Assembly (NCBI GenBank): GCA_002238805.1 | Contig: MPNB01000003.1 | Location: 6,407 to 70,406, forward strand | DNA length: 64,000 bases | Source: Rhodothermaceae bacterium bin80 | GTDB lineage: Bacteria; Bacteroidota; Rhodothermia; Rhodothermales; Bin80 | Direction of reading: 5' to 3' | Shown here: positions 1-8,772 of the stretch, piece after piece | Layout: the number at the start of each line of letters is the position of its first letter | Numbering within the stretch: position 1 is the first letter of the stretch | Notes under the pieces: model-generated | Seen by the model: only the letters and a program-made list of their open reading frames with translations | Databases searched by the model: none | Told to the model about the DNA's origin: nothing | Program-made: the position numbers and the translations under genes

Positions 1-633
1 TCTGAGCCTTGGCGTATTCCATCGTCCAGCGAACTCGGAGGTTTCGATATTAGCTTTGCAGGGAAGACGAATCGTAAGGTGGATGGTAAGGATGTATTTC
101 TTCCCTACGTGCGAGATCCGGATACCTTGGCTCGACCTTGGGCAAAGCCTGGGACGCCAGGTTTGGAACATCGCCTAGGTGGCTTGGAGAAGCAACACGA
201 GACGGGGGATGTCTCTTACGATCCGGAGAATCACGAATTCATGACGAATCTTCGGGCGGACAAGGTTGAGCGGGTAGCACAATTCATTAAACCCACAGAG
301 ATATACGGTCATGAGGAAGGAGATTTGCTCATAGTTGGTTGGGGATCAACAGATGGGGTTATCAAGACCGCTGTAGATCAACTGCACAATCATGGATTGA
401 AGGTAGGTACGGTTCAGTTGCGCTATATCAATCCACTACCTCCAGATCTAGGATCTATTCTGGGTCGCTTTGACGGCTATTTGGTGCCTGAGTTGAATAA
501 AGGACAACTGGTTCGCATTCTGCGTGACCGCTTCCTGCTGCCATTTACCGCTCTTAACAAAATTCAGGGCCAACCATTCAAAGCCAGTGAAATTGTTGAA
601 GCTGCCATCAATAATTCCGAAGAGATCAGTTAA
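1..633 (+). CDS. korA: 2-oxoglutarate:ferredoxin oxidoreductase alpha subunit, C-terminal part (5' end lies outside the window)
   Basis: Frame 1 is open from base 1, with no stop before the listed Met at 79. The C-terminal sequence looks like a 2-oxoacid:ferredoxin oxidoreductase (LLIVGWGST, VGTVQLRYINPLP, LVPELNKGQL). The stop directly abuts the ATG of the TPP-binding beta subunit at 634. Confidence 0.8.
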   Translation, partial: SEPWRIPSSSELGGFDISFAGKTNRKVDGKDVFLPYVRDPDTLARPWAKPGTPGLEHRLGGLEKQHETGDVSYDPENHEFMTNLRADKVERVAQFIKPTEIYGHEEGDLLIVGWGSTDGVIKTAVDQLHNHGLKVGTVQLRYINPLPPDLGSILGRFDGYLVPELNKGQLVRILRDRFLLPFTALNKIQGQPFKASEIVEAAINNSEEIS

Positions 634-1707
634 ATGCCAACACTCCCCCCTTCCAGGAAACCCACACTACCACCAGGTCGTGGACCGCGCAGAGCGGGCC
701 CACCGAAGGCCAGGATAAACCGCAAGGAGTACACCAGTGATCAGGATGTACGATGGTGCCCAGGCTGTGGGGACTATGCAATTCTCGCGAGCGTGCAGCG
801 GTTAATGCCGCAGCTGGGGGTGAAGCGGGAAAATGTAGTGTTTGTAAGTGGTATTGGCTGTTCAAGCCGATTCCCGTACTACATGAACACGTATGGAATG
901 CACTCCATTCATGGACGTGCTCCTACGATAGCTACAGGGCTCAAGGCCTCGAGGCCGGACCTGGATGTTTGGGTTGTAACAGGGGATGGTGATGCGTTGT
1001 CTATTGGGGGTAATCACTTGATCCATCTGCTGCGTCGGAATGTGAACCTGCAGCTCCTACTGTTCAACAATCAGATCTATGGGCTCACCAAGGGGCAGTA
1101 CAGTCCAACAAGTGAGATCGGTAAAGTGACCAAGAGCAGTCCATTTGGCTCGATTACACCTCCGTTCAACCCTATCTCACTTACTCTTGGCGCTTCGGCG
1201 TCTTTTGTAGCGCGAACCGCTGACCGGGATACGAAGCACCTTACCAAAGTGCTCAAGCGTGCACATACCCATTCAGGCAGTGCGTTTGTGGAGGTCTATC
1301 AGAACTGTAATATCTACAACGACGGAGCTTTTTTTGACTTCACCGAGAGAGCCACCAAGGCTGATCGGACGGTTTACCTGGAGCACGGAAAGCCTATGCT
1401 TTTTGCAAATGGAAAACGAGGCATCAGACTGGATGGATTCAGGACAAGCGTTTTCGATATTGAAGGGAGAGACGCCTCGGTGAACGAAGCCATTATTTAC
1501 GACGAAACCTCTTTGGAGCTTGCTGGGATCGTGAGCCGAATGTCACAACGGCCGGATATGCCCAGACCGTTTGGGGTATTTTTCTGCGAAAAACGCCCAA
1601 CTTACGAGGAGTTGCTACAGGAGCAGATTGCAGCAATCACAGAGAAACAGGGTCAGGGAGATCTGGACGCGTTACTGTACGCGGCCGATACCTGGACTAT
1701 CCAATAG
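634..1707 (+). CDS. korB: 2-oxoglutarate:ferredoxin oxidoreductase beta subunit (TPP-binding)
   Basis: Contains WCPGCGDYAIL, GIGCSSRFPYY and VTGDGDALSIGGNH (the GDG-type TPP motif). It directly follows korA. It has an unusual Pro-rich N-terminal extension. Confidence 0.9.
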   Translation: MPTLPPSRKPTLPPGRGPRRAGPPKARINRKEYTSDQDVRWCPGCGDYAILASVQRLMPQLGVKRENVVFVSGIGCSSRFPYYMNTYGMHSIHGRAPTIATGLKASRPDLDVWVVTGDGDALSIGGNHLIHLLRRNVNLQLLLFNNQIYGLTKGQYSPTSEIGKVTKSSPFGSITPPFNPISLTLGASASFVARTADRDTKHLTKVLKRAHTHSGSAFVEVYQNCNIYNDGAFFDFTERATKADRTVYLEHGKPMLFANGKRGIRLDGFRTSVFDIEGRDASVNEAIIYDETSLELAGIVSRMSQRPDMPRPFGVFFCEKRPTYEELLQEQIAAITEKQGQGDLDALLYAADTWTIQ

Positions 1708-1721
1708 CTTCCTGGTGTGCC

Positions 1722-2927
1722 GTGAAACAGTCTAGATTAAAACTGGGGACATCCTCTCTGGTTGTAGCTGCTTTTGTAGGTCCAGGCACGGTATTGACAT
1801 GTGCCACTGCGGGAATTGACTTCGGCTATGCGTTGGGTTGGGTATTGTTGTTCTCTGTCGGAGCTACGTTTGTGCTGCAGTCATTCACTGCTGGAGCGGG
1901 GATTTTGTCCGGGCTTGGCATGGGGGAAGCGCTGCGTGTGTACACAAAGCAGTCACCAGTCCGGTGGATAGTGATCACTTTGGTAGTTCTGGGACTTTGG
2001 GCTGGTACTGCGGCATTCGAGACGGGTAATATTGCTGGTGCTGTGGCTGGAGTAAATAGCCTTACGGGCGGCTTACTTCCGCGAAGTGTGCTGATTTTGC
2101 TCATCGGTCTGTTGGCGGCCGCAGCGCTCTTACTGCAGCTGCAAATGGTGACAAAACTGCTGGCAGGGCTTGTTGCGCTTATGAGCGCAGTCTTCCTGGT
2201 CACAGTGTTTCTCGCACCAGTAGATTGGCAGGCTGCATTGCAGGGACTCGTTATTCCCCGAATGCCTGACGGCAGTCTGGTGCGCACAATTGCGCTGGTT
2301 GGTACCACAGTTGTGACCTACAATCTATTCTTGCACGGAAGTGCAGCCAAGAAGTATTGGGCCCAGGATGATCCCCAGTTTGCCTGGCGGCGTGAGCTTA
2401 CTGGAATGGCTATTTTCCTGCCGCTTGGGGGAATAATTTCTGTCGCTATCCTTCTTGCCGGTGCCACTCTGGAGGTTGAGTCAGTGGAGTCGGTAGCGGC
2501 GATTGCCCCAGTGATTCGTCCAGCTGTGGGTCCTTTTGCAGAGATACTTTTTGGAGTGGGGCTGTTTGCAGCCGGAATTACTTCAGCGGTGACAGCCCCC
2601 TTGGCAGCAGCCTGTGGTGTACGGGAAATTTTTGGATGGCCAGATGATGCGCGACATCCCGGGTTTCGGATTGTCTGGATATCTGTTCTGCTTACTGGGA
2701 TGGTGTTTGCATTGTTTGGACGGAATCCTTTGGAGATTATTATCGCCGCCCAAGCGGCCAATGGACTACTTCTGCCGTTCATAGCTGGGTTCGTGCTGTT
2801 CCTGGCTGCGCGACAAAAAGCCGTAACTCTACCGCACTGGTACTTAGGCCTTGGAATCCTGGTGACACTTATATGTGCTGGGCTTGGTGGTCGGACGCTT
2901 ATTTGGGTTTGGGGGCAGCTGAGTTAA
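1722..2927 (+). CDS. Nramp-related integral membrane transporter (atypical; canonical metal-site motifs not seen)
   Basis: The 401-aa polytopic protein resembles Nramp/MntH around FGYALGWVLLFS...LQSFTAGAGILSG and NLFLHGS. The DPGN and MPH motifs of MntH are absent. It starts with GTG. Confidence 0.6.
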   Translation: MKQSRLKLGTSSLVVAAFVGPGTVLTCATAGIDFGYALGWVLLFSVGATFVLQSFTAGAGILSGLGMGEALRVYTKQSPVRWIVITLVVLGLWAGTAAFETGNIAGAVAGVNSLTGGLLPRSVLILLIGLLAAAALLLQLQMVTKLLAGLVALMSAVFLVTVFLAPVDWQAALQGLVIPRMPDGSLVRTIALVGTTVVTYNLFLHGSAAKKYWAQDDPQFAWRRELTGMAIFLPLGGIISVAILLAGATLEVESVESVAAIAPVIRPAVGPFAEILFGVGLFAAGITSAVTAPLAAACGVREIFGWPDDARHPGFRIVWISVLLTGMVFALFGRNPLEIIIAAQAANGLLLPFIAGFVLFLAARQKAVTLPHWYLGLGILVTLICAGLGGRTLIWVWGQLS

Positions 2928-3823
2928 GCTGTATCACCAAAAGCTTTGTTCAGTTCACGAATTCGTTTGCGCTCTACCCAGGCAGCCACGAGTATTGAAC
3001 CTTCGTAGAGCAGGTACAACGGAATGGCAGCGGCGAACATGGAGAAAGGGTCGGCAGGAGTGACGAGGGCGCCAAGTACGAAAACGGCCAGAAACGCATA
3101 CTTGCGAAAGGCACGTAACCGCCCTGGTGTAGCGAGCCCCAATTTTGTAAGAAAATAGATTATGACAGGGAGTTCGAAGAGTATCCCGGAGCCAAAGGCC
3201 CACCAGGTCACGCTGCTGAAGTAACGTGTGATGTCGAACTCGTTCCGAATAAGGGGAGAGATACTGAGATTATTGAAAAAATTCAATGCTAATGGGGTGA
3301 TCACATAGTAGCCGAACAGAATGCCGATCACAAAGAAGATGGTTGCAAAGGCTGCAATGAATCGCATGCCAGCTCTTTCTTTCGGATAGAGGCCGGGCTC
3401 GATAAATTTCCAGATGGAGTAAATGAGGATGGGGGAACCAGCTACAAGTCCTACGGCCATAACAATGCCCATGAGTGCAAAGAACTGGCCGGCTACCGTA
3501 CGGTTTTGCAGGTGTAGCTCTTCAAAATCAAACCCCAGGAGTTGGTATGTGATGAAGTCTGATCTTGCAGGGCCCATGAGGATTACATCTACCACCCAGT
3601 CATGGAATATTGCTGCGACGATAGTCATGATGACCACGCCACTTATGCCCCTTAGGATCGTCCAGCGTAGATCTTCCAGGTGATCTAGGAAGGACATTTC
3701 GCTGCCCTTCGGCAGCGTATCCTCGCGTGGTTCAGCAAGCGCTTGAGTATCTGCTGCCTGAACTGCGCTGGATGTTTCCGGTTTTAGGGCACGTCCAAAT
3801 GTTTTTCGCCAATTGAAACCCAT
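2924..3823 (-). CDS. tatC: twin-arginine translocase subunit TatC
   Basis: SFLDHLEDLRWTILR is followed by six predicted TM segments and FLTKLGL/PADPFSM motifs typical of TatC. An alternative start is Met43 at 3697. Confidence 0.9.
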   Translation of the reverse strand: MGFNWRKTFGRALKPETSSAVQAADTQALAEPREDTLPKGSEMSFLDHLEDLRWTILRGISGVVIMTIVAAIFHDWVVDVILMGPARSDFITYQLLGFDFEELHLQNRTVAGQFFALMGIVMAVGLVAGSPILIYSIWKFIEPGLYPKERAGMRFIAAFATIFFVIGILFGYYVITPLALNFFNNLSISPLIRNEFDITRYFSSVTWWAFGSGILFELPVIIYFLTKLGLATPGRLRAFRKYAFLAVFVLGALVTPADPFSMFAAAIPLYLLYEGSILVAAWVERKRIRELNKAFGDTA

Positions 3824-3828
3824 TTCCC

Positions 3829-4437
3829 TTATGCATGCGTAGCCGAATCGGAGCTTCCCGAATTTTCTTGACCTAATGTCAACTCCATCAATGTATCAAC
3901 CCACAACCCCTCCTGCTCAAGTGCCATTCGGCCATCACCCCATGCGAATTCGAAAATTGTCAAGTATCCTTCAACCATAAACCCCTCCCTTCGGAGCTCT
4001 TTGAGAACGCGCTTGGCCGTTCCGCCACTGTTGAGCAGATCGTCAAGAATTACCACCGGAATCGCAGGATCCAGTGGTCCTTCAATCAGGCGGCGACGTC
4101 CGTAGGGTTTGGGCTGAAGTCGGACCAGTCCTCCCTGCAGGGCCGGTGAGCCAGATGCGTTAATTGTTGCACAGACCATGGCGCTGGCCCCAATACCGGA
4201 ACCGGCGACTTGCCTGATCCCGATCCCACGCAATCTGTTGGCAACCAGCTTACCAATCTCACGGGACATTTTTCCATCTAGGAGAGGGATACGCATATCC
4301 AGGAGCCACTCAACTACCCTGCCTTCAGGGTCAAGAAGTGTCTCATTACTACCTGACACTAAGGCTTTATCATAAATCTTCTGGGACAGACCGGATTGGT
4401 GCAGATGGGGCCAATAATCTATTTTCTCTCGTGTCAT
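3829..4437 (-). CDS. phosphoribosyltransferase-family protein (orotate PRTase-like)
   Basis: Has the PRPP-binding loop VVILDDLLNSGGTA. It sits 5 nt upstream of tatC on the same strand. Confidence 0.7.
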   Translation of the reverse strand: MTREKIDYWPHLHQSGLSQKIYDKALVSGSNETLLDPEGRVVEWLLDMRIPLLDGKMSREIGKLVANRLRGIGIRQVAGSGIGASAMVCATINASGSPALQGGLVRLQPKPYGRRRLIEGPLDPAIPVVILDDLLNSGGTAKRVLKELRREGFMVEGYLTIFEFAWGDGRMALEQEGLWVDTLMELTLGQENSGSSDSATHA

Positions 4438-4696
4438 GTGTCGTAACGTATCCGCGCAAAACGCGACCTACGTATACCAAGCGTAGGATACTCGGTTCAG
4501 GTGCGATATCGTTGTGGCGTGCTCAGTCTAAATCGTTTGAAGGGCGAACTTTACTCCTTTCAACTATGAAAACCGTACTCGCAGCGCGCGGAATCATCTA
4601 CGGTAAGTCATGAATTACTGCAGGCTTACACAGGGCTCGTCGTTGGCTTCCAAGCAGACCGTTCTATAATCTATCGGGCACGCACACGCAGGTCAT

Positions 4697-5992
4697 TTAG
4701 GCGATCACAAAATCGTACAGTGGATAGGCGGTGCAGAGCGAATAAACTTCTTTCCGTACCTGATGCTGAATTGACTCGTCATTCGGTGCACTCAACACGC
4801 GGTCAATCAGAGCAACGATGCTCTCTATATCTGCTTCGCTAAAACCTCTCGTGGTGACAGCGGCAGTTCCGAGACGAATGCCACTTGTGACGAAGGGGCT
4901 TTTATCATCAAAGGGAACCATGTTTTTATTGACAGTGATGTGAGCTGCCTGCAATGCTCGCTCTGCGTCCTTTCCCGTGATGTTTTTGCTTCGAAGGTCG
5001 ACCAGAACAAGATGGTTGTCAGTTCCACCGCTCACGACATCATAGCTACGCGACAAAAAGGCGTTTGCCATCTCAGCTGCATTACGTTGCACTTGTCGCG
5101 AGTACTCAACAAATTCAGGTTTCAGTGCTTCCTTAAAGGCGACGGCCTTAGCTGCGATTACGTGCACAAGCGGTCCCCCCTGCATACCGGGGAACACAGC
5201 TGAGTCCAGCAGCTCGCTCATGTTGCGGACGCGGCCGCTTTTTCGCGCAATTTTCCCGAATGGATTTTCAAAGTCACGTCCGACAAGAATCATTCCACCA
5301 CGTGGTCCACGAAGCGTTTTGTGGGTTGTTGTTGTAACAATGTGAGCGTATGGCAACGGGTCATTAAGCAGTCCTGCGGCAATCAATCCAGCAGGGTGGG
5401 CCATATCCATCCATAGGAGGGCATCCACTTCATCAGCGATGGCACGAAAGGCAGCGTAGTCAAAGTCGCGGGAGTACGCACTAGCTCCGATAGAGATAAG
5501 TTTCGGGCGCACAGCTTTTGCTTTTTCCCGGACACGGTCCATGTCAATACGCCCATCCTGTTCGACGCCGTAATAGGTTGCCTTGAACCATATACCGGAG
5601 AAATTTACAGGGCTTCCGTGGGTCAGATGCCCACCGTGCGCAAGATCCAGGCCGAGGAATGTATCTCCGGGATTCAAGCAACTCAGGTACACAGCCGCGT
5701 TGGCTGATGCGCCGGAGTGTGGTTGAACGTTAACCCAGTCACACTTAAAGAGTCGCTTGGCGCGCTCGCGAGCCAAATCTTCTGCCGTATCTGCAAACTC
5801 GCAGCCTCCGTAGTAGCGTCGTCCTGGTAATCCTTCCGCGTATTTATTGGTAAATACAGAGCCCATAGCCTGCATGACGCTTCGGGATACAAAATTTTCC
5901 GAGGCAATCAACTCCAGTCCGTGGTTTTGTCGGTCCACTTCACGTTCAATAGCGGCAAAGATTTTGGGATCCTGCGATACGAGATAGTTCAT
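4697..5992 (-). CDS. glyA: serine hydroxymethyltransferase
   Basis: Shows full-length SHMT signatures: [23 protein letters not shown], and [14 protein letters not shown] containing the PLP lysine. Confidence 0.95.
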   Translation of the reverse strand: MNYLVSQDPKIFAAIEREVDRQNHGLELIASENFVSRSVMQAMGSVFTNKYAEGLPGRRYYGGCEFADTAEDLARERAKRLFKCDWVNVQPHSGASANAAVYLSCLNPGDTFLGLDLAHGGHLTHGSPVNFSGIWFKATYYGVEQDGRIDMDRVREKAKAVRPKLISIGASAYSRDFDYAAFRAIADEVDALLWMDMAHPAGLIAAGLLNDPLPYAHIVTTTTHKTLRGPRGGMILVGRDFENPFGKIARKSGRVRNMSELLDSAVFPGMQGGPLVHVIAAKAVAFKEALKPEFVEYSRQVQRNAAEMANAFLSRSYDVVSGGTDNHLVLVDLRSKNITGKDAERALQAAHITVNKNMVPFDDKSPFVTSGIRLGTAAVTTRGFSEADIESIVALIDRVLSAPNDESIQHQVRKEVYSLCTAYPLYDFVIA

Positions 5993-5999
5993 GTGAGTT

Positions 6000-6800
6000 T
6001 TAGTTGTATGGACTGGCTCCCGTCAGAGCGTACACCAAGATATTAGTTCCCATCTGCAGGGCAGGTTCCCGGATGTCCAATGGGAGGTCGTGCACTGATT
6101 CTGGCTCCCAGCCATCTCCCAAATCGCTCTCGTAACTATAGAAGACGCATAGACGCCCATGCTGGTCGAACAGCCCGAATCCCTGAGGCGGCTTGCCATC
6201 GTGTTCGTGAATTTTTGGGAGACCGTTAGGAAATGAGAAATGTGTATGAAAAATGGGGTGATCAAACGGGAGTTCTATGAATTCCTGTTCCGGGAATACG
6301 CGGGCCATTTCACGGCGGATGGCACTGTCCAAGCCATAGTTGTCATCTATATGCAGGAAACCTCCGTGCTCCAAGTATTGCCGTAAGCGGATGATTTCGT
6401 GCTCCGTAAACACAGCGTTTCCGTGTCCTGTCAGGTACAGATAGGGGAAGGTGAACAGCCGGTCAGTCGAAAGTTCGACGACGTCCGGCCTCGGGTTCAC
6501 ATTTACCAGCGTCTTGTTTCGGACATAGGATAGAAGCTCGGGGAGCGACTGTTCATCACTATACCAGTCTCCTCCTCCGCCATATTTAACACGTGCGACA
6601 GACAGAGCGTACTCCTGTGCCATACAGGGAGCGGCAAACATCAGGCAAATAAAGAGCAGTGCTCTGGTCACAGCAGATGCAATCAAGTTGGGGCGATGGG
6701 TTGTACGATGTACAAAAGAACTTGATTGTCCCAGATGAGCGCAAACATTTCCTTTGTTTAGGATAGGTGCAGCTGAGATCAGCATATGCATATTGGACAA
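6000..6800 (-). CDS. DUF4159-family protein
   Basis: [13 protein letters not shown]...[11 protein letters not shown]...[18 protein letters not shown] matches my memory of the DUF4159 core. The true start may be internal, because a signal-like segment [15 protein letters not shown] lies about 45 aa in. Confidence 0.65.
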   Translation of the reverse strand: MSNMHMLISAAPILNKGNVCAHLGQSSSFVHRTTHRPNLIASAVTRALLFICLMFAAPCMAQEYALSVARVKYGGGGDWYSDEQSLPELLSYVRNKTLVNVNPRPDVVELSTDRLFTFPYLYLTGHGNAVFTEHEIIRLRQYLEHGGFLHIDDNYGLDSAIRREMARVFPEQEFIELPFDHPIFHTHFSFPNGLPKIHEHDGKPPQGFGLFDQHGRLCVFYSYESDLGDGWEPESVHDLPLDIREPALQMGTNILVYALTGASPYN

Positions 6801-7270
6801 AGGTCCGTTGTTCCAGGCGTACGATTCTTCGCGTAGAATTCAGGTTCAGGTCGCAATAAAACTGGAACAAGCAAAAGGGGGAGATCAGAACGTATCTGAA
6901 TTCTAGTGCGGATAGTTATGATGATTGTACTGTACACGAATGTAAACGAGACCTAAAATGCGAAGGTTGGGCCTATTATGCTGTTTCAATGAAGCTGGCG
7001 ATGAGTTTGCTGGCATTGCGACGAAGGAGAATATGAAATACTTGAAAGAACAGGGACTGGACTGCTGTGGCGTGTTCCAAAGCCCCTCCGGTGCACCATG
7101 TCGCAGAGGAAGCAGCTAGTGGCTACGAACATGCTTGTGGCGATGAACGCCTCCCAGTTCGTGGTCGCCACGACTGCCAGCACGATAAACAGCAGGGCGG
7201 CGAGGATAATGACGATTCGCATGGGGTAACCCTTTGGGGCTATGGAAGGTTGTGCGGATCGGCCAGGGCA

Positions 7271-7402
7271 TCAACTCCGTAGAGCAGAGCAGGCCGAGTG
7301 TGTTGAGCGCGCTGATGTCGCGCTCATCGACGTGGAAGCATTGCCCCGCTCGATCTTGCTGATGGTGAACTGACTCGTGCCGACATGCTCATCAAGCTCA
7401 CA
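7271..7402 (-). pseudogene. remnant of an XRE-type helix-turn-helix gene
   Basis: The reverse-strand translation reads ...LDEHVGTSQFTISKIERGNAS..., which fits the XRE HTH recognition-helix pattern. The reading is bounded by TAG upstream and TGA downstream with no start codon. A plausible continuation (HVDERDISALNTLGLL) lies in another frame. Confidence 0.3.
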
Positions 7403-7532
7403 CTATTTCCACCCACGAGTAAGGGGGTGTCGCATTCCGGGCGCCTTGCCGTTTGATGGCGACGGACCTCCTTGGGCGGCGAGTTTGCGGCCTTAGAATA
7501 TCGTCCGTGGGCGGAGCGGCCAAAGACGGCCG

Positions 7533-7904
7533 CTAGCTCGAACCCGACCCGAGTTCGATGTGTACGTTATACCAGGTGAAACGCTGGCCACTGGCGTCAA
7601 GCGTGACCTCCTTAGTCTCGTCCGGTTCGAGGGAGGTGCGGGGCGTCGGCCCTAGCTCCTTACCGCTCGACAGGTGGATTTCGACCCGCACATTGGTGAC
7701 CGTGCTCGCAGTGGTGTTGTGGATCGTGCCGATGAATTTTTGCATGCCCGCGTTGTAGCTCAGCGTGAGGTCCACGCCGCTGCGCGTCTCCATCGCCGTC
7801 TCGTCCATATTATAGCGTGTGCCGCTCTCACCGGGTTCCGAGGCGCTGTCGCAGGCGCCTGCCAGCAGGACGAGCAGCAGCGATGCAAGGTGTAATCGTT
7901 TAAT
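7533..7904 (-). CDS. hypothetical lipoprotein, paralog A (no canonical start codon for its signal peptide)
   Basis: The listed ORF starts at Met 7808, but the frame is open upstream to 7913. There it encodes (I)KRLHLASLLLVLLAGAC, a lipobox signal peptide. The only start-like codon is ATT at 7904, preceded by AGGA. The mature part is paralogous to 7930..8394. Confidence 0.5.
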   Translation of the reverse strand: MKRLHLASLLLVLLAGACDSASEPGESGTRYNMDETAMETRSGVDLTLSYNAGMQKFIGTIHNTTASTVTNVRVEIHLSSGKELGPTPRTSLEPDETKEVTLDASGQRFTWYNVHIELGSGSS

Positions 7905-7929
7905 GGTTGGGTCCTATCTTCCCGCCGGC

Positions 7930-8394
7930 CTAGTCGCAGGCCGACATTTCGGGGTGGGCGGTCCAGTCGCCGACGGTGCTCCCGCCGGTGCTGAGGGTGA
8001 TCGTGCGGGTTTGGCCGGGTTGCATGTCGTTGCGGGGTGTTGGGCCAAGCTCAGGTCCGCCCGCCAAGTGGACCTCCACTCGCACCGCACAGATAGTCGA
8101 GTCCGTAGTGTTGGTCACCGATCCGACGAACTGGTCCGTGCTCGCATCGTAGTGGAGCTGCAGGCGTACGCCGCGCCGCTCGGCATCCCAGTGCTCGGTG
8201 CGGCCGATGTACGTGCCGCCCTCCTCCCCCTCGGCCCCCTCGGCATGGCCCTCGCCGCTTTCACCGGCGTGTTCGCCCTCGCCCTCGACGGAAGGTTGCC
8301 GCATGGTGTCGTTCCCAGTGCCGTTGGTGCCGCATGCAACGATGGCGAGGGCCAGCACGATTGTGACTACTGCCTTCCAAGGAATGCTTCTCAT
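7930..8394 (-). CDS. hypothetical lipoprotein, paralog B, with an acidic His/Glu/Gly-rich linker
   Basis: The signal peptide MRSIPWKAVVTIVLALAIVAC is followed by the linker EGEGEHAGESGEGHAEGAEGEEGG. The C-terminal domain FVGSVTNTTDSTICAVRVEVHLAGGPELGPTPR aligns with FIGTIHNTTASTVTNVRVEIHLSSGKELGPTPR of paralog A. Confidence 0.6.
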   Translation of the reverse strand: MRSIPWKAVVTIVLALAIVACGTNGTGNDTMRQPSVEGEGEHAGESGEGHAEGAEGEEGGTYIGRTEHWDAERRGVRLQLHYDASTDQFVGSVTNTTDSTICAVRVEVHLAGGPELGPTPRNDMQPGQTRTITLSTGGSTVGDWTAHPEMSACD

Positions 8395-8772
8395 ATCTCC
8401 TACTGTCTGTTCTTAGTTGGTTGGAGACGCGTTGGATGGGTAACTCAAGAAACGTCCCCTGTATACCCCGGTGGGACCGTAAAGTTTCATCCAGAACCGG
8501 GGTTGGACGCAGGGAGTGCTATCGCCGCCCCCCACTCCTTTGTCCAGTTACGGCCCTGATCGTACCTCCATTTCGGCCAACATGCAAGGGATAAACTGGG
8601 GATTACAAAGCAGGTCTAGGTTTTCAAGCTCTCGCGATTTTGGTGATAACACTTCGGAACGAGACTGTCTCCAGTGGGGCTAACTACATTCAAGAATCAC
8701 GTATTGCGTTACAGGGACGCTACGTAATACTGAAATTCACCTACAAACCGAGGCTGATGTAGTATTGTCGGT

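Noticed and set aside
4338-4613. A 91-aa forward ORF lies in the glyA/PRTase intergenic region, which could also hold a ncRNA.
   Set aside because: The ORF overlaps the PRTase start, has no motif and no plausible partner genes. I also saw no convincing tRNA, SRP, 6S or riboswitch signature in 4438..4696. That region is probably just the PRTase promoter and leader.
6835-6904. A 9-bp inverted repeat AGAATTCAG...CTGAATTCT, separated by 52 nt, lies upstream of the DUF4159 gene.
   Set aside because: The arms are short, each is built around a GAATTC palindrome, and the loop is long. It is compatible with chance and has no supporting context.
7819-8559. A 246-aa forward-strand ORF spans the GC-rich islet.
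   Set aside because: It runs antisense to two reverse-strand genes that have proper lipoprotein signals and mutual paralogy. Its translation is Ala/Gly/Arg/Pro-rich low-complexity sequence, typical of spurious frames in GC-rich DNA.
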